Of a stretch of DNA of 64,000 nucleotides, positions 55,001-64,000 are shown one piece after another; the stretch's first letter is position 1, and every line of letters begins with the position of its first letter. The stretch is from Chrysomallon squamiferum (lineage: Eukaryota; Animalia; Mollusca), in NCBI GenBank assembly GCA_012295275.1, contig CM022670.1:22816001-22880000 (forward strand), written 5' to 3'. The notes beneath the pieces are model-generated. The model was not told where the DNA came from. It searched no databases and saw only the letters and a list, made by a program, of their open reading frames with translations. The translations under genes were made by a program, and so were the position numbers.

Positions 55001-58000
55001 GGTAAAAATATTTATAAAGATGTAATACTCCATTCAGACATTTGAACTCTGGTTTTGCTGCTATTTAGATTTTGAACAGTTTAAAATAAACACATTCTTT
55101 CAGTCTGAAGCAACAGTGAAAAAGTATATTGAAAGTAGAAAATACATATGATAAAAATAATATTTTGATTTAAGATTGAGGTGGTCTGTTTAATACATGT
55201 ATTTAGAATTAAGAATAAATAACTTCTCATTATGTTTTGAGTTATGTTAAGGATAATATTATGTTTTTTTTATTTTATAACCTTTATGTTTTCATTAATG
55301 TTTTTCGTTTGTTATGAGCTTTTAAAATAGTTTAATGCCTATTGATTATTTATTGATGAAAAAAAAAGAAAGTCATGTTATATAGCAAATTTGTTTTACA
55401 TGATAGCAATTGCTTGCAACACTTTAAGACATGTTGATAAAAAGGTAAATCGAATAAAATTATTAATGAATTTTTAAAGTGACAGTTGATAGAAATGGTA
55501 AATCTGTTAAAATGATTAATACATTTTATATGTGACAATTGATGGAAATGGTGAATCTATCAAAATGATTATTATACATTTTGTGTGTGTGACAGGAATT
55601 GCCTGCATCAGTCTCAGACTTGTTGATGGGAAGGGAAACCCGGTCAAACTGCTGAGCTGTCCACACCCAGACCGTGGTGCTGCCAATCAGATACAAGACC
55701 TGTCAGAGTTCAGCTCTCTGCTAGAAATCACAGAACATCAAACAAATCGCTCTCCTTCCAGACCAGGTTACACAACTCTCTATTCACTAAACATAGCTCA
55801 ACACTGTTTGTTCTTTTCAAACCTTATTTATAGCATTTATAATTGTTTATTTAATTTTATGATATTAAAACGGGTTTTCTCTCTGCAGCCGATTATACCT
55901 ACATATTTCATTGCATAGAGTTTTTCAGTATATATAATATTATTTTTATTTTTATAAATTGTTTGAGGGTTTTTTGTTTTGTTGTTTTTTTGTCTAACAG
56001 GTCCAACAGCACTGATACAGTTCAAGATCTGGGAGAGAGGCAGCGTGGACATGAAGACGCTGAAAGATCGTCTGATAACAACAGTGAGACAGGCGATCTG
56101 TGACATCGTCACAGAGTACAAGATGCTCACCGCCCTATCTGTCAGATACCCAGACACCTCCTGGAATCATTTCCCCTCCCAGTCTGCTCTGTCCCTACAT
56201 CTCCCACCAGTCCATTTGGTGAGTACACAGTAATATGAGCAGTTTATAGCAGCCATAGCAGTAGTAGTAGTAATAGGAGTAGTAGTAGTAATAGCAATAG
56301 TAGTAGCAGTAGTGATAGCAGTAATAGTAGAAGCAGTAGCAATAGTAGTAACAGTAGAAGTAGTAGCAATAGTAGTAATAGTAATAGTAGCAATAGTAGC
56401 AGTAGTAGGAGTAGTAGTAGCAATAGTAGCAATAGTTGAATTAGTATTAGCAACAGTGGTAGCAATAGTAGTACAAACAGTACCAGTGATAGCAGCAGCA
56501 GTGGTTGTTGTTGTTGTAGTAGTAGTACTAGACAACAGTAGTAAAGGAACAGTAGAGTAAAAGTGAGTGGTAACATTAGCAATAGTTTTAAGTTGTAGTA
56601 ACAGTAGCAATAGTTTTAAGTTGTAGTAACAGTAGCAATAGTTTTAAGTTGTACTAACAGTAGCAATAGTTTTAAGTTGTAACAGTAGCAATAGTTTTAA
56701 GTTGTAACAGTAGCAATAGTTTTAAGTTGTAGTAACAGTAGCAATAGTTTTAAGTTGTAGTAACAATTGCAGCAATACCAAATATTAGTAATAGTTTTCT
56801 TTTTAATTTTGTAAAGCTGTATATTAATCTTTTAAAGGATTTTATAATTACAAACACATAAGTCAATTTTATTTTTAAAATTTAAATAATTTTGTTTTAA
56901 AGAAATGTTAAGTTTAATTGTATGTTTTTATTTAATGTTTTAATGAGGTATTTTAATGAAATGTTTTAATCAGATATTTTAATGAAATGTTTTAATGAGG
57001 TATTTTAATGAAATGTTTTAATCAGATATTTTAATGAAATGTTTTATTCAGATATTTTAATGAAATGTTTTAATCAGATATTTTAATGAAATGTTTTATT
57101 CAGATATTTTAATGAAATTGCTTAATCAGATATTTTAATGAAATGTTTTAATCAGACATTTTAATGAAATGTTTTAATGAGGTAATTTAATTAAATGTTT
57201 TATTCAGATATTTTAATGAAATGTTTTAATCAGATATTTTAATGAAATGTTTTAATCAGATATTTTAATGAAATGTTTTAATCAGATGCTGTTGCTGCTA
57301 AAGATGGACACAGAGCGGTGTTGAGTCGTAAACTGTCCGACTCTTTCCGGTTCTCTCAGACCAGCATCCATCCAACTGTCCAGTCAGCCTCACCATTTCA
57401 CTCAGTGAAAGAACTTCAGGCTTCACAGAAAATACGAGTAACTTCACCCGCACCAGAATCCAAGGTAAACTGTTGTTATACTGAAGGTAATCTGTTAGCA
57501 ACTATTGCATCCAAGGTAACCTGTTAACATCTGTTATATCGAAGGTAATCTATCAACAACTATCATATCCATGGTAACCTGTTATCATCTGTTATAATGA
57601 AGATAATCTAATAACTACTCTCATATTCAAGGTAACATATTAGCAACTGTCATTTTCAAGGTAACCTGTTAGCTATTATCACTAACAATTCTGAATTTAA
57701 GAAAGTCACAGTTAATTAATTTCCAAGATGAGGGTAAAAATAAACTCTTTGAAATAACTTACTGTTTCGACATGTTAATAGAAGTATTTGCTACTGAATT
57801 CTAGAATTTCATGCAGTTCTCAATATTCTTATGGTAATAATAAATGAAAGATAAATAATATCTGTCTGAACAAATAGAGAATTTAAAAAAAAAAGTAATT
57901 ATAGCACTGAAGAGCAGTTTCTATATCCTAGTTTCTTGCTGTTGAATACAAAAAGCTGTTACAATAGTCACAGTTATTTTCCATATTACTGAACATGTAT

Positions 58001-61000
58001 ATTATTATTTATCTTTTCAGACAGTCACTTTTGAATGGCCTTCAGCTGGTGATAACAGTACTGGTCAACCTTCACCTTCAGATTTTGACTCGGTGTCTGA
58101 AAAAGGAGTCCAGGAGCTGATATCACTTTATGAGTGTGGGGAGCGTGGCTCTCTCAGTCCTGTGTTCCTGACTTTGATAAAACCTTGGTTCACACTGTGT
58201 GCAAAAACTGGTACGTTTTGTCTTATTTTTACTGTGGTCAAAATTTTGACTTATTTTTACTGTGGTGAAGGTTTTGTCTTATTTTTACTGTGGATTACTC
58301 AAAACTTCTGAAGGTTTTTAAGGATGTGTGTGTGTGTGTATGTGTGTGCGTATGGTCTTTGATAAACCAGTCTATTAGCATTCATTCCTAATATTTTTCA
58401 GTTATTAGTTAAATGGATATTTGATTACATTTATTTTGCATTAATCTTGTTTTAAGTTTAGATCATGTAACTAATATCACCTGAAAACCCAAACTTGAAA
58501 TTATGGCCAAGAATCCTATTGATATAAATCATATTAATCTGGTTTTTCCTTTTTATGTTATCATATCTTACGTAATTGTGTATTTTCATTATTTTAACTT
58601 CAAAATTCTCTTGTTTGTGTATATTCATTATTTTAATTACAAAATTCACTTGTTTGTGTATTTTCTTTATTTTTACTGCCAAATTCATTTTGTTTGTTTG
58701 TTTTCTTTCTTTTAACTCCAAAATTCACTTGTTTTGTGTTTTTTCGATATTTTAGGTTTGCCATCAGTACACGAGAAGCACCTTGATCTGCTGTCTCACT
58801 TCTCTGTGGACTACGTGTTACAGGAAAGTCTGAGTATTATCCATTGCATTTCATCCAAAATCAACCCCAAAGTGTTCAAACTTGTTAAGAGCCAGACATC
58901 AGGTGATGCACTGGTTGGAGTCCCGTATCACCCTTGCAGACCTCCAGTGAAGGTGACTGTTACTCCATTTATCCTGGAAGTTCATTCTGCAGTTTGGCTT
59001 AGGCTTTACTAATTTGTTAAAAAATCTCTTTCTCCTGTACATTTCATAAGGTTTAAAAATATATTTTATGCCACTGAACTTATAAAAACTTTTTTAAATC
59101 ATTTTTCAAAATTGTTGTAAAATTTGAATTAGGTTGTTTTTTGTTATTTTAAAATGAAATAGCTGAAGTTAACATTTCATATTTAGGGTTGAATGTGAAC
59201 TAAAGGAAGTTGTTGAAGTAAATGTTTTTCAAATTTTAGGTTAACTAAAGGAAGTCATCTATATGACCATTTTCTGCCCTACTCTGATGTCTCTATGTCT
59301 CTCTTCACCAAGCTTCTTTTTTTTTGTAATTTCTATATTTTGACACCATTAGTTGTAAGGTAGAGGTGTAGGTACCATTCAAAGAACAGTTAAAACAAAC
59401 CTTTGTTAATTTACTGTACATGTTCATACGTGCAGCTTTTAAAATGCGTTATTTTTTAAATTATATATTACTTGTATTAAGCTTAAGAAAACTATTTTAC
59501 TGATTAAGATAAGTGTTTGTGGTGTAAATAGTTTTATTTTTTTGCTGTCAGGTTGCTGAGGAGAACCGGGAGACATCTCTGGATGCTTGTACAAAGTTTG
59601 TGTCAGGTGGTGAGTTTGTTCTGATAGGCAGAGACGTTGAACAGTGGAAGTCATTTGTACTGTGTGAACATTCTGAACAACCTGTGACTGCAGTGCCACC
59701 ACCAAAAAGTATATTTTCACCTTTCTAACTGTAAAAATACGTGTTATTTTTCAACAGAAAAATATGTTTTTTGTTTTAAAAACCTTTCTTTTTGCACAAA
59801 TCAAAAACATAATAAAAAGTAATACTAACTAAATATTTTACCTGTTAAAACTCAGAAAATACCTACCTAAAAATAAATAAAAATAAAATGAGATATTTAA
59901 TTTTTCTTTCTACTACATGCTATTTTTTAGAAGCTTTATTACAAGATACTTTAAGCTCTGAAATCATGTATGTATATGTTAGCAGAACCTTTATACTTAA
60001 TGTCTTTTCTCATTTCTTGTTGTAGATTTCATAACACATATTTTTTCAAACAGAACTCTCACCCATCAACACACACCACACACCCCAAAAAAATATTACT
60101 ATTTACATTTTTTATATATAACTATTTTATTAATTTTCAGCTTTTCAGGCTGTACAAAAATTTCTGCCCTACATTTCTCCAGAAGATGGAGACAGTAAAA
60201 GTCTGGAGGCTGGAGCTCAAACTTTGTCTCATGAATCATACTTTGTTCCTCGACAAAACCTGCTCGTCATACACATTGAGGGATTACAGGTTTCTATTAT
60301 TATTTTCTTTAGACACACACATGAGGGTATATATGTATGTATGTGTTACAGGTTTCTCATAAACTGTTTCTCAAATTATTTTTTTTATGGATACATAGAC
60401 AGAAGCTAAATGTGCACACAATTTTAATATTCACACACAGCATACACAGCATCAATCTTGCAAACCTTGACAGATACAATCAGTGATATAGTAAAATAAA
60501 CCAGAGCATTCCAAGTTTTATTATCTTTCCAGTCTGTCACAGTTTAAGAGTTTTTAAATATAGTTTTTATTAACTACATTAAATTTCATTATATGTTTTA
60601 TATATTTTTTGTGTATTTCACCAACGTTTTATAATACCAACCACAGAAATAATAATATTAAAATAAATATCTTAGATTCCTACAAAAGTTTAACATAAAA
60701 TTATTACTTGAATTCCACTGAAACCAAATGTTTCTGTGACTTAACAAATACTGAAATGTGAAACTTCAGTAAACAAAGAACTTTTCAGAGAACATTTTTT
60801 GCACTAAGGCTTGTGAAATGAAACTAATTAAGATTTTAATTTTTGTTGAAGCTCTCTGTGTTTGCGTACAACTGGGCGAGTGACTTGATTTCCCAGCTGG
60901 ACGAGAGACTGACCAAGCTGGTCAAGTGGAACAACGCCCGAGCTCTCATCCTGCAGAGCATCATCAGTCAGAAGCAGGGTCTGTTCCACCACGCAGTGTT

Positions 61001-61063
61001 CGCTAACGTCTCCTACACACAGGTCTCTCTCACTGTCTTTTACTGTCACTTTAAATATAGGGG

Positions 61064-61102
<39 letters not shown>

Positions 61103-61629
61103 AAATATATAGTTTATTATTATTATTATTGTTATTATAAATATAGTTTTTTATTATTGTTATTGTTATTATTATATAGTTTATTATTATTGTTACAATT
61201 ATTATATAGTTTATGATTATTTTTATTATTATAAATTTAGTTTATTATTTTTATTATTTTTATTATTATTATAAATACAGTTTTTTTATTATTATTGAAA
61301 ATTTTGTTTGTTCTTTTATTAATTTTTCTGTAAATGTAGTTTTTTTATTACTATTTTATATGTAGTTATTGTTATTTCATACTTTATTGATCTTATTATA
61401 ATATTTATTTTATTATTACTATTATTACCTTTTAATTATTATTATTATTATTATCTTTGATAATTGTTACAATTATTACAATTTTATTATCTTGAATATT
61501 ATTATTAATATTGTTAAGTTATTTTATTATTTTTATTGTTATTAATACTATAATTATTATTATTATTATTACAACCACTGTTTTTTTTTATTATGTATGT
61601 TTATTTTTATTCTTATTACAATTATCATT

Positions 61630-61660
<31 letters not shown>

Positions 61661-63024
61661 TACATTTACTGTTATGATATCACCATTAACTGTTGTAATA
61701 ACAGATGTAGTTCTGTTAAAAACAATCATCATGATTATGAATAACACCTGACAGGAGCAGAACGTGTTCACCCAGTCATCCAGTGAGATTGACAACCTGA
61801 TCAAGTTCCCCGCCCCCCCTCACCGAGAGTCCCAGCGACGCCACAGCAGCGCCTCCAACAAGGATCGCAACCTGTCCCGGATTATCAGCAAGTTTCGACC
61901 ATTTGACGAGACTCACAGAAACCTGCAGCCCCCCCTGCCCCTCTACAGGACAATATTCAACAAGCTGCCAGACCCTGTGGCCAGTCACGGCATGCTCACT
62001 CAGGAGTTACGTTCTCATCTCAGAAAAGGTCAGGTTATGCATTTGTTGCAGCCATTTTCTCTTTTTTTTTTTTTTTTTTTTTTAAATAATTTATTGTGTT
62101 TGTAGTAATATGAAAGTAAAAAAAAAGGTTTTTTTTCTATTTTGTTTATATTTTTTTTTTAAATAATTTATTATAGTACTATGAAATTAAAAAAAAGTGT
62201 TTTAATACTGTTAAAACTATTAAACAATGAAATTAAAAATACAAAATAATAATAATAATAATTTACTTTTCTTATTGTTTAAAAAAATAATTTTGGGAAA
62301 AGAAAATAATAAATCTTAATAATAAAACATCAAATATATATTTTTGGCTACACTTGTTTTAAAATTTATCTGTATAAAAGTTTATATTAGATAATAATTG
62401 CAAATAGAAAGCTTTTAATATTTAAAAAAAAAAAAAAATATTTAAATGTTTTTTCAAATTACAGACACAGAAAGACTTTTCAGACTTCAACAACTTTACT
62501 TTGCTTGGCTGAGGAAAAACAATTCACCAGTCTCTGTAAGTACAAATTCTCTTTTCTTTACAATGATTTAGCAATAACATTTTATTGTCATCTTTATAAC
62601 GAACAATGATAGACCACCAAAATCAATAAAATAATAATTTGGAAATATAAGAAAGTGTATAGATAATTCACTGAAACCAACACAATTTTTTTGAAAATAT
62701 TTGAATTGTACATATATTATTTTATTGCCATAATTTATAATGAACTGTGACTAGATTGTTCAAAACAACAACAAAATGATAAGTATAAAGTACCACAGGC
62801 ACATTTTAAAGAGTTTGAGATTGTTTTTCTCGTTGCTGTTTTTACAGGAAGAGCATGTGCATCTGCTCAAACAGTCATCACGTTTGTTTCACTACTGCGT
62901 GACTCCGCTGCTGTTCAGTCCGCAGTGGCGACAGAGAGTCATAGAGAAAACCATGGACTGCACACACCCCAAACACGACCCCGCGGTCACTGTGACTCCA
63001 CCCCCTGCAGAAAGTTCAAAATCT
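8920..63024 (+). CDS. SZT2: KICSTOR complex scaffold protein SZT2 (5' ~53 coding exons; gene continues past the window end)
   Basis: The spliced translation matches the recalled vertebrate SZT2 sequence throughout: 'YVLMRKGCRVSRNIRASWFFKHL', 'VTFLASRYKMVFALDLSPS', 'LRYGILALQLLPENSSA', 'VRLREGY', 'LVLPWR', 'GELQIVTECWVEPQFG', 'PNFWLIL', 'LRSVLNKFSVNNRKNMFV', 'LQKKLDDAVLDAISVMLSRNPMCKLKPEDVHFIQ', 'YYLRQNLLQFL', 'YNWASDL', 'SRLFHYCVTPLLF'. GT-AG sites with compatible phases were found for every exon, apart from two 1-nt homopolymer deletions (see findings). Confidence 0.96.
8993..10030. repeat. Diverged tandem duplication (two copies, ~590 and ~450 bp), each with an internal CA/TA/GT microsatellite, in SZT2 intron 1
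   Basis: Shared blocks at an offset of ~590 nt, e.g. TTTAATTATTTATTTTGATTTATAATG (9040/9622), TATTTATTTCTGGGTTTAGCAATAA.ATCAGAAC.GGGCTGGCTTGCATTAAGC (9120/9711), GAAGTTGATTTACACAA, and AACTATTCTTTGAGTAAA.ATTA.CACAGAACATTATC. Confidence 0.85.
26725..27080. repeat. Degenerate ~30-bp minisatellite (TTAACATTTTTACTTGTATTAGACTGTTTG-like, about 11 copies)
   Basis: Recurring 'ttaacatttttactt.tatta(g/a)a' units read directly from the sequence. Confidence 0.75.
27826..27970 (+). promoter_or_regulatory. Candidate intronic Pol II promoter for the mir-750/mir-1175 primary transcript
   Basis: GC box CCCCGCCT (27833-27840); GATA sites TTATCT (27826), TGATAA (27847, 27876); HNF4-like DR1 CAAAGTACAAAGTTA (27901-27915); TATA-like CATAAAA at 27931-27937, placed -31 from the A of an Inr-consensus TCAGTC (27960-27965). 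It lies ~1.1 kb upstream of mir-750 on the same strand. Confidence 0.5.
28797..29080 (+). repeat. ~50-bp tandem array whose unit is the 5' flank, lower stem and 5p arm of mir-750 (about five decayed copies plus the functional arm)
   Basis: Units start at about 28797, 28846, 28899, 28951, 28994 and 29044. Consensus TTGCTATTCCTGTGAGTTGGAAGGCT(G/A)GATC...TTAAT. The last unit is the real 5p arm. Confidence 0.85.
29044..29130 (+). ncRNA. mir-750: microRNA mir-750 precursor hairpin (mature 3p CCAGAUCUAACUCUUCCAGCUCA, 29095-29117)
   Basis: Matches the recalled conserved protostome miR-750 mature sequence. The 5p arm AGTTGGAAGGCTAGATCTCTGAC (from 29058) pairs with it, leaving a 2-nt 3' overhang (pre-miRNA ~29058-29117, 60 nt). 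The lower stem GCTATTCCTGTG pairs with CATAGAAATGTGC. Confidence 0.95.
29290..29645. repeat. Diverged ~180-200 bp tandem duplication downstream of mir-750
   Basis: TTAGTAAATATA.TGCTGTG.T..TTAAAGACAT occurs at ~29332 and ~29529; GGTGCTAACAAATT.GACTG.TTTAG occurs at ~29456 and ~29619. Confidence 0.7.
34617..34701 (+). ncRNA. mir-1175: microRNA mir-1175 precursor hairpin (3p UGAGAUUCAACUCCUCCAACUGC, 34668-34690; 5p AGUGGAGAGAGUUUUAUCUCAUC, 34630-34652)
   Basis: Both arms match the recalled lophotrochozoan miR-1175 3p and 5p sequences and pair with each other. The lower stem AGGTGTGCTGTGT pairs with GCAGGCTACACCT. mir-1175 is the known cluster partner of mir-750. Confidence 0.95.
37441..37553. 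repeat. AT-rich inverted repeat around a (TA)n core
   Basis: ATTTCTTATGAACT (37466-37479) is the reverse complement of AGTTCATAAGAAAT (37512-37525). TTTAAAATCCAATA (37445-37458) is the reverse complement of TATTGGATTTTAAA (37537-37550). Confidence 0.8.
39678..63024 (+). CDS. SZT2: SZT2 coding exons 21-53
   Basis: Exons: 39678-39802, 40218-40369, 40684-41781, 42056-42293, 42438-42660, 42952-43000, 43619-43888, 44238-44457 (or 44478), 45200-45281, 45637-45822, 46167-46920, 47497-47638, 49818-49917, 50466-50586, 50995-51161 (frameshift), 51778-51880, 52470-52525, 52836-52888, 53146-53251, 53779-53903, 54268-54432, 54920-55001, 55596-55766, 56001-56218 (frameshift), 57286-57464, 58021-58210, 58756-58952, 59552-59708, 60141-60289, 60852-61022, 61755-62028, 62465-62535, 62848-63024. 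Exon 20 (...EISKA) joins exon 21 (FFPVDYECISSLITFEHLIDICQ) in phase 0 and collinearly with vertebrate SZT2. Confidence 0.9.
48006..48023 (+). CDS. SZT2: Candidate 18-nt SZT2 microexon (adds QKGLDR)
   Basis: Acceptor ctgtttactag, exon GCAAAAGGGTCTTGATCG, consensus donor GTAAGT. Phase 2/2 matches the flanking exons 47497-47638 and 49818-49917, with no stop codon. Confidence 0.6.
56240..56765. repeat. Degenerate (GTA/GCA) trinucleotide tract followed by a 28/25-bp minisatellite (AATAGTTTTAAGTTGTAGTAACAGTAGC, about 7 copies)
   Basis: Read directly from the sequence. It explains the spurious poly-Thr, poly-Leu and poly-Val ORFs at 56167-56610. Confidence 0.9.
56934..57287 (+). repeat. 26-bp minisatellite (two 13-mers, TTTTAATGAAATG + TTTTAATCAGATA; about 13 copies) ending in the SZT2 exon-45 acceptor
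   Basis: Read directly from the sequence. The final TTTTAATCAG (AG at 57284-57285) is the functional 3' splice site. Confidence 0.9.
57459..57672 (+). repeat. 29-bp degenerate tandem repeat that reiterates the SZT2 exon-45 donor (AAG|GTAA)
   Basis: GTAA donor-like sites start at 57465 (the functional one), 57487, 57516, 57545, 57574, 57632 and 57661, a 29-nt period after the first interval. Confidence 0.8.
58214..58755. repeat. Short intronic tandem repeats flanking SZT2 exons 46 and 47 (28-bp x3 after the donor; ~39-bp x4-5 before the acceptor)
   Basis: TTTTG.CTTATTTTTACTGTGG occurs three times at 58216-58292. TTGTGTATTTTCATTATTTTAAC..CAAAATTCACTTGT-like units span 58575-58745. Confidence 0.7.
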
Positions 63025-64000
63025 GTACGTTTAACTCTATTACCAAGACTTAATTTTCACTTTTATTTAATAAGAAACAAGACAATTTGGTAATAAAATT
63101 GTTAAATTGAAATTGATTCTGCAATTTAAATGAAATAAATTTTTGTAGTAAATAGAAGATTTTTATACAATTTTAATTAAAATGAAATATTTCTGTTTAA
63201 ATAGAATAGTTGTTTTTACAAATATTCTGATGATGTAGTATTATTTGACAGTTTATTTAATAAGTCACAGGAATGTTTAATATTAAAACTGTTAAATAAA
63301 ATTAAATAGTTCTATTTAAATAAAATAGTTTCTGTGGTAAATAATAAAATATTTTACAAACTTTTTGAAACCATAGTATCATTAGCACATTCATTTAGTT
63401 AGTTACAAGATTGTTTGATATTAAAACTTAAATATTTTGATTTAAATGACATTAGTTTTTGGTGATAAATAGTAAATTTTATAAGCATTCTGAAACCACA
63501 TTATAATCTGTCTTTGTGATGAACATGACTTCTATATCAGTTTCTCACAAAAGGAAAATTTTTAATTTAAAAAATCCTTTAGAATTGGAAAGGTTATCAC
63601 AAATTCCTTTAGTTATAAAATAAACATTAAAAAAAAAAAAAATTCATTTCTGCTGTTTATGAAAACTGTTTACAGTGTTGGTCAAAATAATACCTTTTTG
63701 GGGGGTACATGTAAGAATTAGTTGGGTTTTTTTTGTCCAGATTTGATCCTTCAGAAATAATTAAATCTGTAACTTGGTATAATAATTATGTATTTAATTA
63801 TGTCTTTATATTTATTTATCAGTGAACTGATTAAAAGTATTAAATTTATGTTCTAGTTAATAATTCTTTAAAAGTAGGTGTATGAAATTATGTTTTTGAA
63901 AAATGTATTTATTTAATGATTTGTTTTGTTGTTTTATTTTGAGGGGAGGGTTTTGTTGGTGGAGGATTTTAGGTATATAGGTATTTTTTTTTATTTTTTT

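Noticed and set aside
56167-56610. Poly-Thr, poly-Leu and poly-Val ORFs (mucin-like or membrane-like)
   Set aside because: They are translations of an intronic GTA/GCA trinucleotide tract. The same applies to the CA/TA/ATT microsatellite ORFs at 9168-9485, 17179-17391, 22345-22831, 24530-24920, 38170-38493, 43052-43300 and 61511-61744.
56934-57672. Regularly spaced 26-29 bp repeats resembling a CRISPR array
   Set aside because: Units are head-to-tail with no unique spacers, there are no cas genes, and the context is a eukaryotic intron. These are minisatellites.

Overview
AT-rich, intron-rich animal genomic DNA, most likely a protostome and probably a lophotrochozoan such as a mollusc, judged from the miR-750/miR-1175 sequences and the gene structure. 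It is not prokaryotic. Contents: (1) the 5' part of a CC2D1/lethal(2) giant discs (Lgd) gene on the minus strand (3091 -> window start), with a hidden 85-nt exon that looks mutually exclusive with its neighbour; (2) an intronless, divergent profilin-like gene on the plus strand (6509-6895); (3) the first ~53 coding exons of SZT2, the KICSTOR scaffold, on the plus strand (8920 -> beyond the window end), traced by hand with consistent splice phases, including an 18-nt candidate microexon and two single-base homopolymer frameshifts that are probably assembly errors; (4) an 18.6-kb SZT2 intron (21058-39677) holding the mir-750 and mir-1175 hairpins in sense orientation, a candidate internal TATA/Inr promoter with GATA/HNF4/GC-box motifs, and a tandem array of about five decayed copies of the mir-750 5p arm directly upstream of the real hairpin. 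Several other tandem repeats are built from functional elements (the splice acceptor and donor of one SZT2 exon). All family assignments come from recalled sequences and motifs; no database search was run.
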